Source: an uncultured Candidatus Cloacimonadota bacterium | Lineage (GTDB): Bacteria; Cloacimonadota; Cloacimonadia; Cloacimonadales; TCS61 | Reading direction: 5' to 3' | DNA: 25,481 nucleotides | NCBI GenBank assembly: GCA_964608295.1 | Contig: CAZSOM010000001.1 | Span: 1-25,481 of the forward strand | Shown: one piece after another, positions 24,835 to 25,481 of the stretch | How positions within the stretch are numbered: the stretch's first letter is position 1 | Layout: the number at the start of each line of letters is the position of its first letter | The notes under the pieces: model-generated | Seen by the model: the letters and a program-made list of their open reading frames with translations, nothing else | Told to the model about the DNA's origin: nothing | Database searches by the model: none | Translations under genes and position numbers: made by a program

Positions 24835-25443
24835 TTGGCAGTTAAAGAAAGGATCATAAAAGCAGCTCTCAGGATCTTTATGATCAAAGGTTTTGATGCT
24901 GCTTCCATGAGTGATGTTGTTACAGAAGCCCAACTTTCCAAAGGTGGTATTTATCACCATTTTAAAAACAAGAAAGATCTTTTCCTACAGTGTGTAGATC
25001 ATATGTTTGATGAATTAGTGAAATGGGAAGAAAAGATGTATTCTCTTAATATGACCGTAAAAGAAATTTTACAAATCTATTTTAGTTCATTTGAAGAAAT
25101 TCACAATTTTGTAGGTGAACTAACTGGTTCCAATGAGATTGATATTGATAGTTTTTATAAACTTATGATGGATGCATTTATAAAATTTCCCGAGATCAAA
25201 GAGAAACACTTTCACACGCATGAACATAACATGTTGAACTTAGTACAACTTTTGGAAAATGCAAAACAAGAAGGAATTATCAAACCGGAATTAGATTGTT
25301 CAACACTTGGTTTTATGATAAATGCTCTGGCAGAGGGTACGATTATGTATCACATTTTGAATGAGGAAATTGATCTGGAAGAGATGGGAAACAAACTTTT
25401 CACAACATTGTGGAATGGAATATCAACAGAAAATAGATTATAA
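24835..25443 (+). CDS. TetR/AcrR-family transcriptional regulator (third, unrelated subfamily)
   Basis: TTG start with AGGAGG RBS and HTH ASMSDVVTEAQLSKGGIYHHFKNKKDL. Confidence 0.92.
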   Translation: MAVKERIIKAALRIFMIKGFDAASMSDVVTEAQLSKGGIYHHFKNKKDLFLQCVDHMFDELVKWEEKMYSLNMTVKEILQIYFSSFEEIHNFVGELTGSNEIDIDSFYKLMMDAFIKFPEIKEKHFHTHEHNMLNLVQLLENAKQEGIIKPELDCSTLGFMINALAEGTIMYHILNEEIDLEEMGNKLFTTLWNGISTENRL

Positions 25444-25458
25444 AATAAAGAGGATATT

Positions 25459-25481
25459 ATGAAGAAATTACTTTTGTTTTT
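25459..25481 (+). CDS. Start of a probable secreted protein, truncated by the window edge
   Basis: GAGGA RBS then MKKLLLF..., which resembles a signal-peptide start. Only 7 codons are visible. Confidence 0.45.

Noticed and set aside
1-25481. CRISPR array, tRNA/rRNA, transposase or prophage genes, and CxxCH haem-binding motifs
   Set aside because: No regularly spaced direct repeats, RNA-gene signatures, mobile-element proteins or CxxCH motifs were found by eye. A tRNAscan/Rfam run would be needed to exclude small ncRNAs.

Overview
AT-rich DNA from a diderm, probably anaerobic bacterium. Strong AGGAG(G) Shine-Dalgarno sites, TolC/beta-barrel genes and FCB-type families are consistent with Candidatus Cloacimonadota or a relative (inference only). 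(1) 3-5985: a tightly packed operon with a NapH/CcoG-like membrane polyferredoxin, four exported ferredoxin-domain proteins, a frameshift-split outer-membrane beta-barrel and a DsbD_2/CcdA-like membrane thiol protein. The exported proteins have Sec or lipoprotein signals rather than Tat signals, and one is a lipoprotein with 2x[4Fe-4S] domains at both ends of four FN3 repeats. This operon is the best candidate for an undescribed system: a haem-free, Fe-S-based extracytoplasmic electron conduit or metal-redox module. (2) 6192-8722: an LA_2272-type repeat surface protein and a DUF3943 outer-membrane protein. (3) 8841-21792: two tandem TetR-TolC-MFP-RND efflux operons with closely related regulators and promoters but divergent pumps. 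The first adds a P-II-like PG0541-type gene, and the second RND lacks the canonical proton-relay residues. (4) An M42 aminopeptidase, a low-GC antisense ApeA-like HEPN gene (probable defence RNase), a third TetR and a truncated ORF. Several unrelated REP/MITE-like palindrome families occupy the intergenic spaces. No rRNA, tRNA, CRISPR array or transposase was seen. All family calls are by motif recognition, without database searches.
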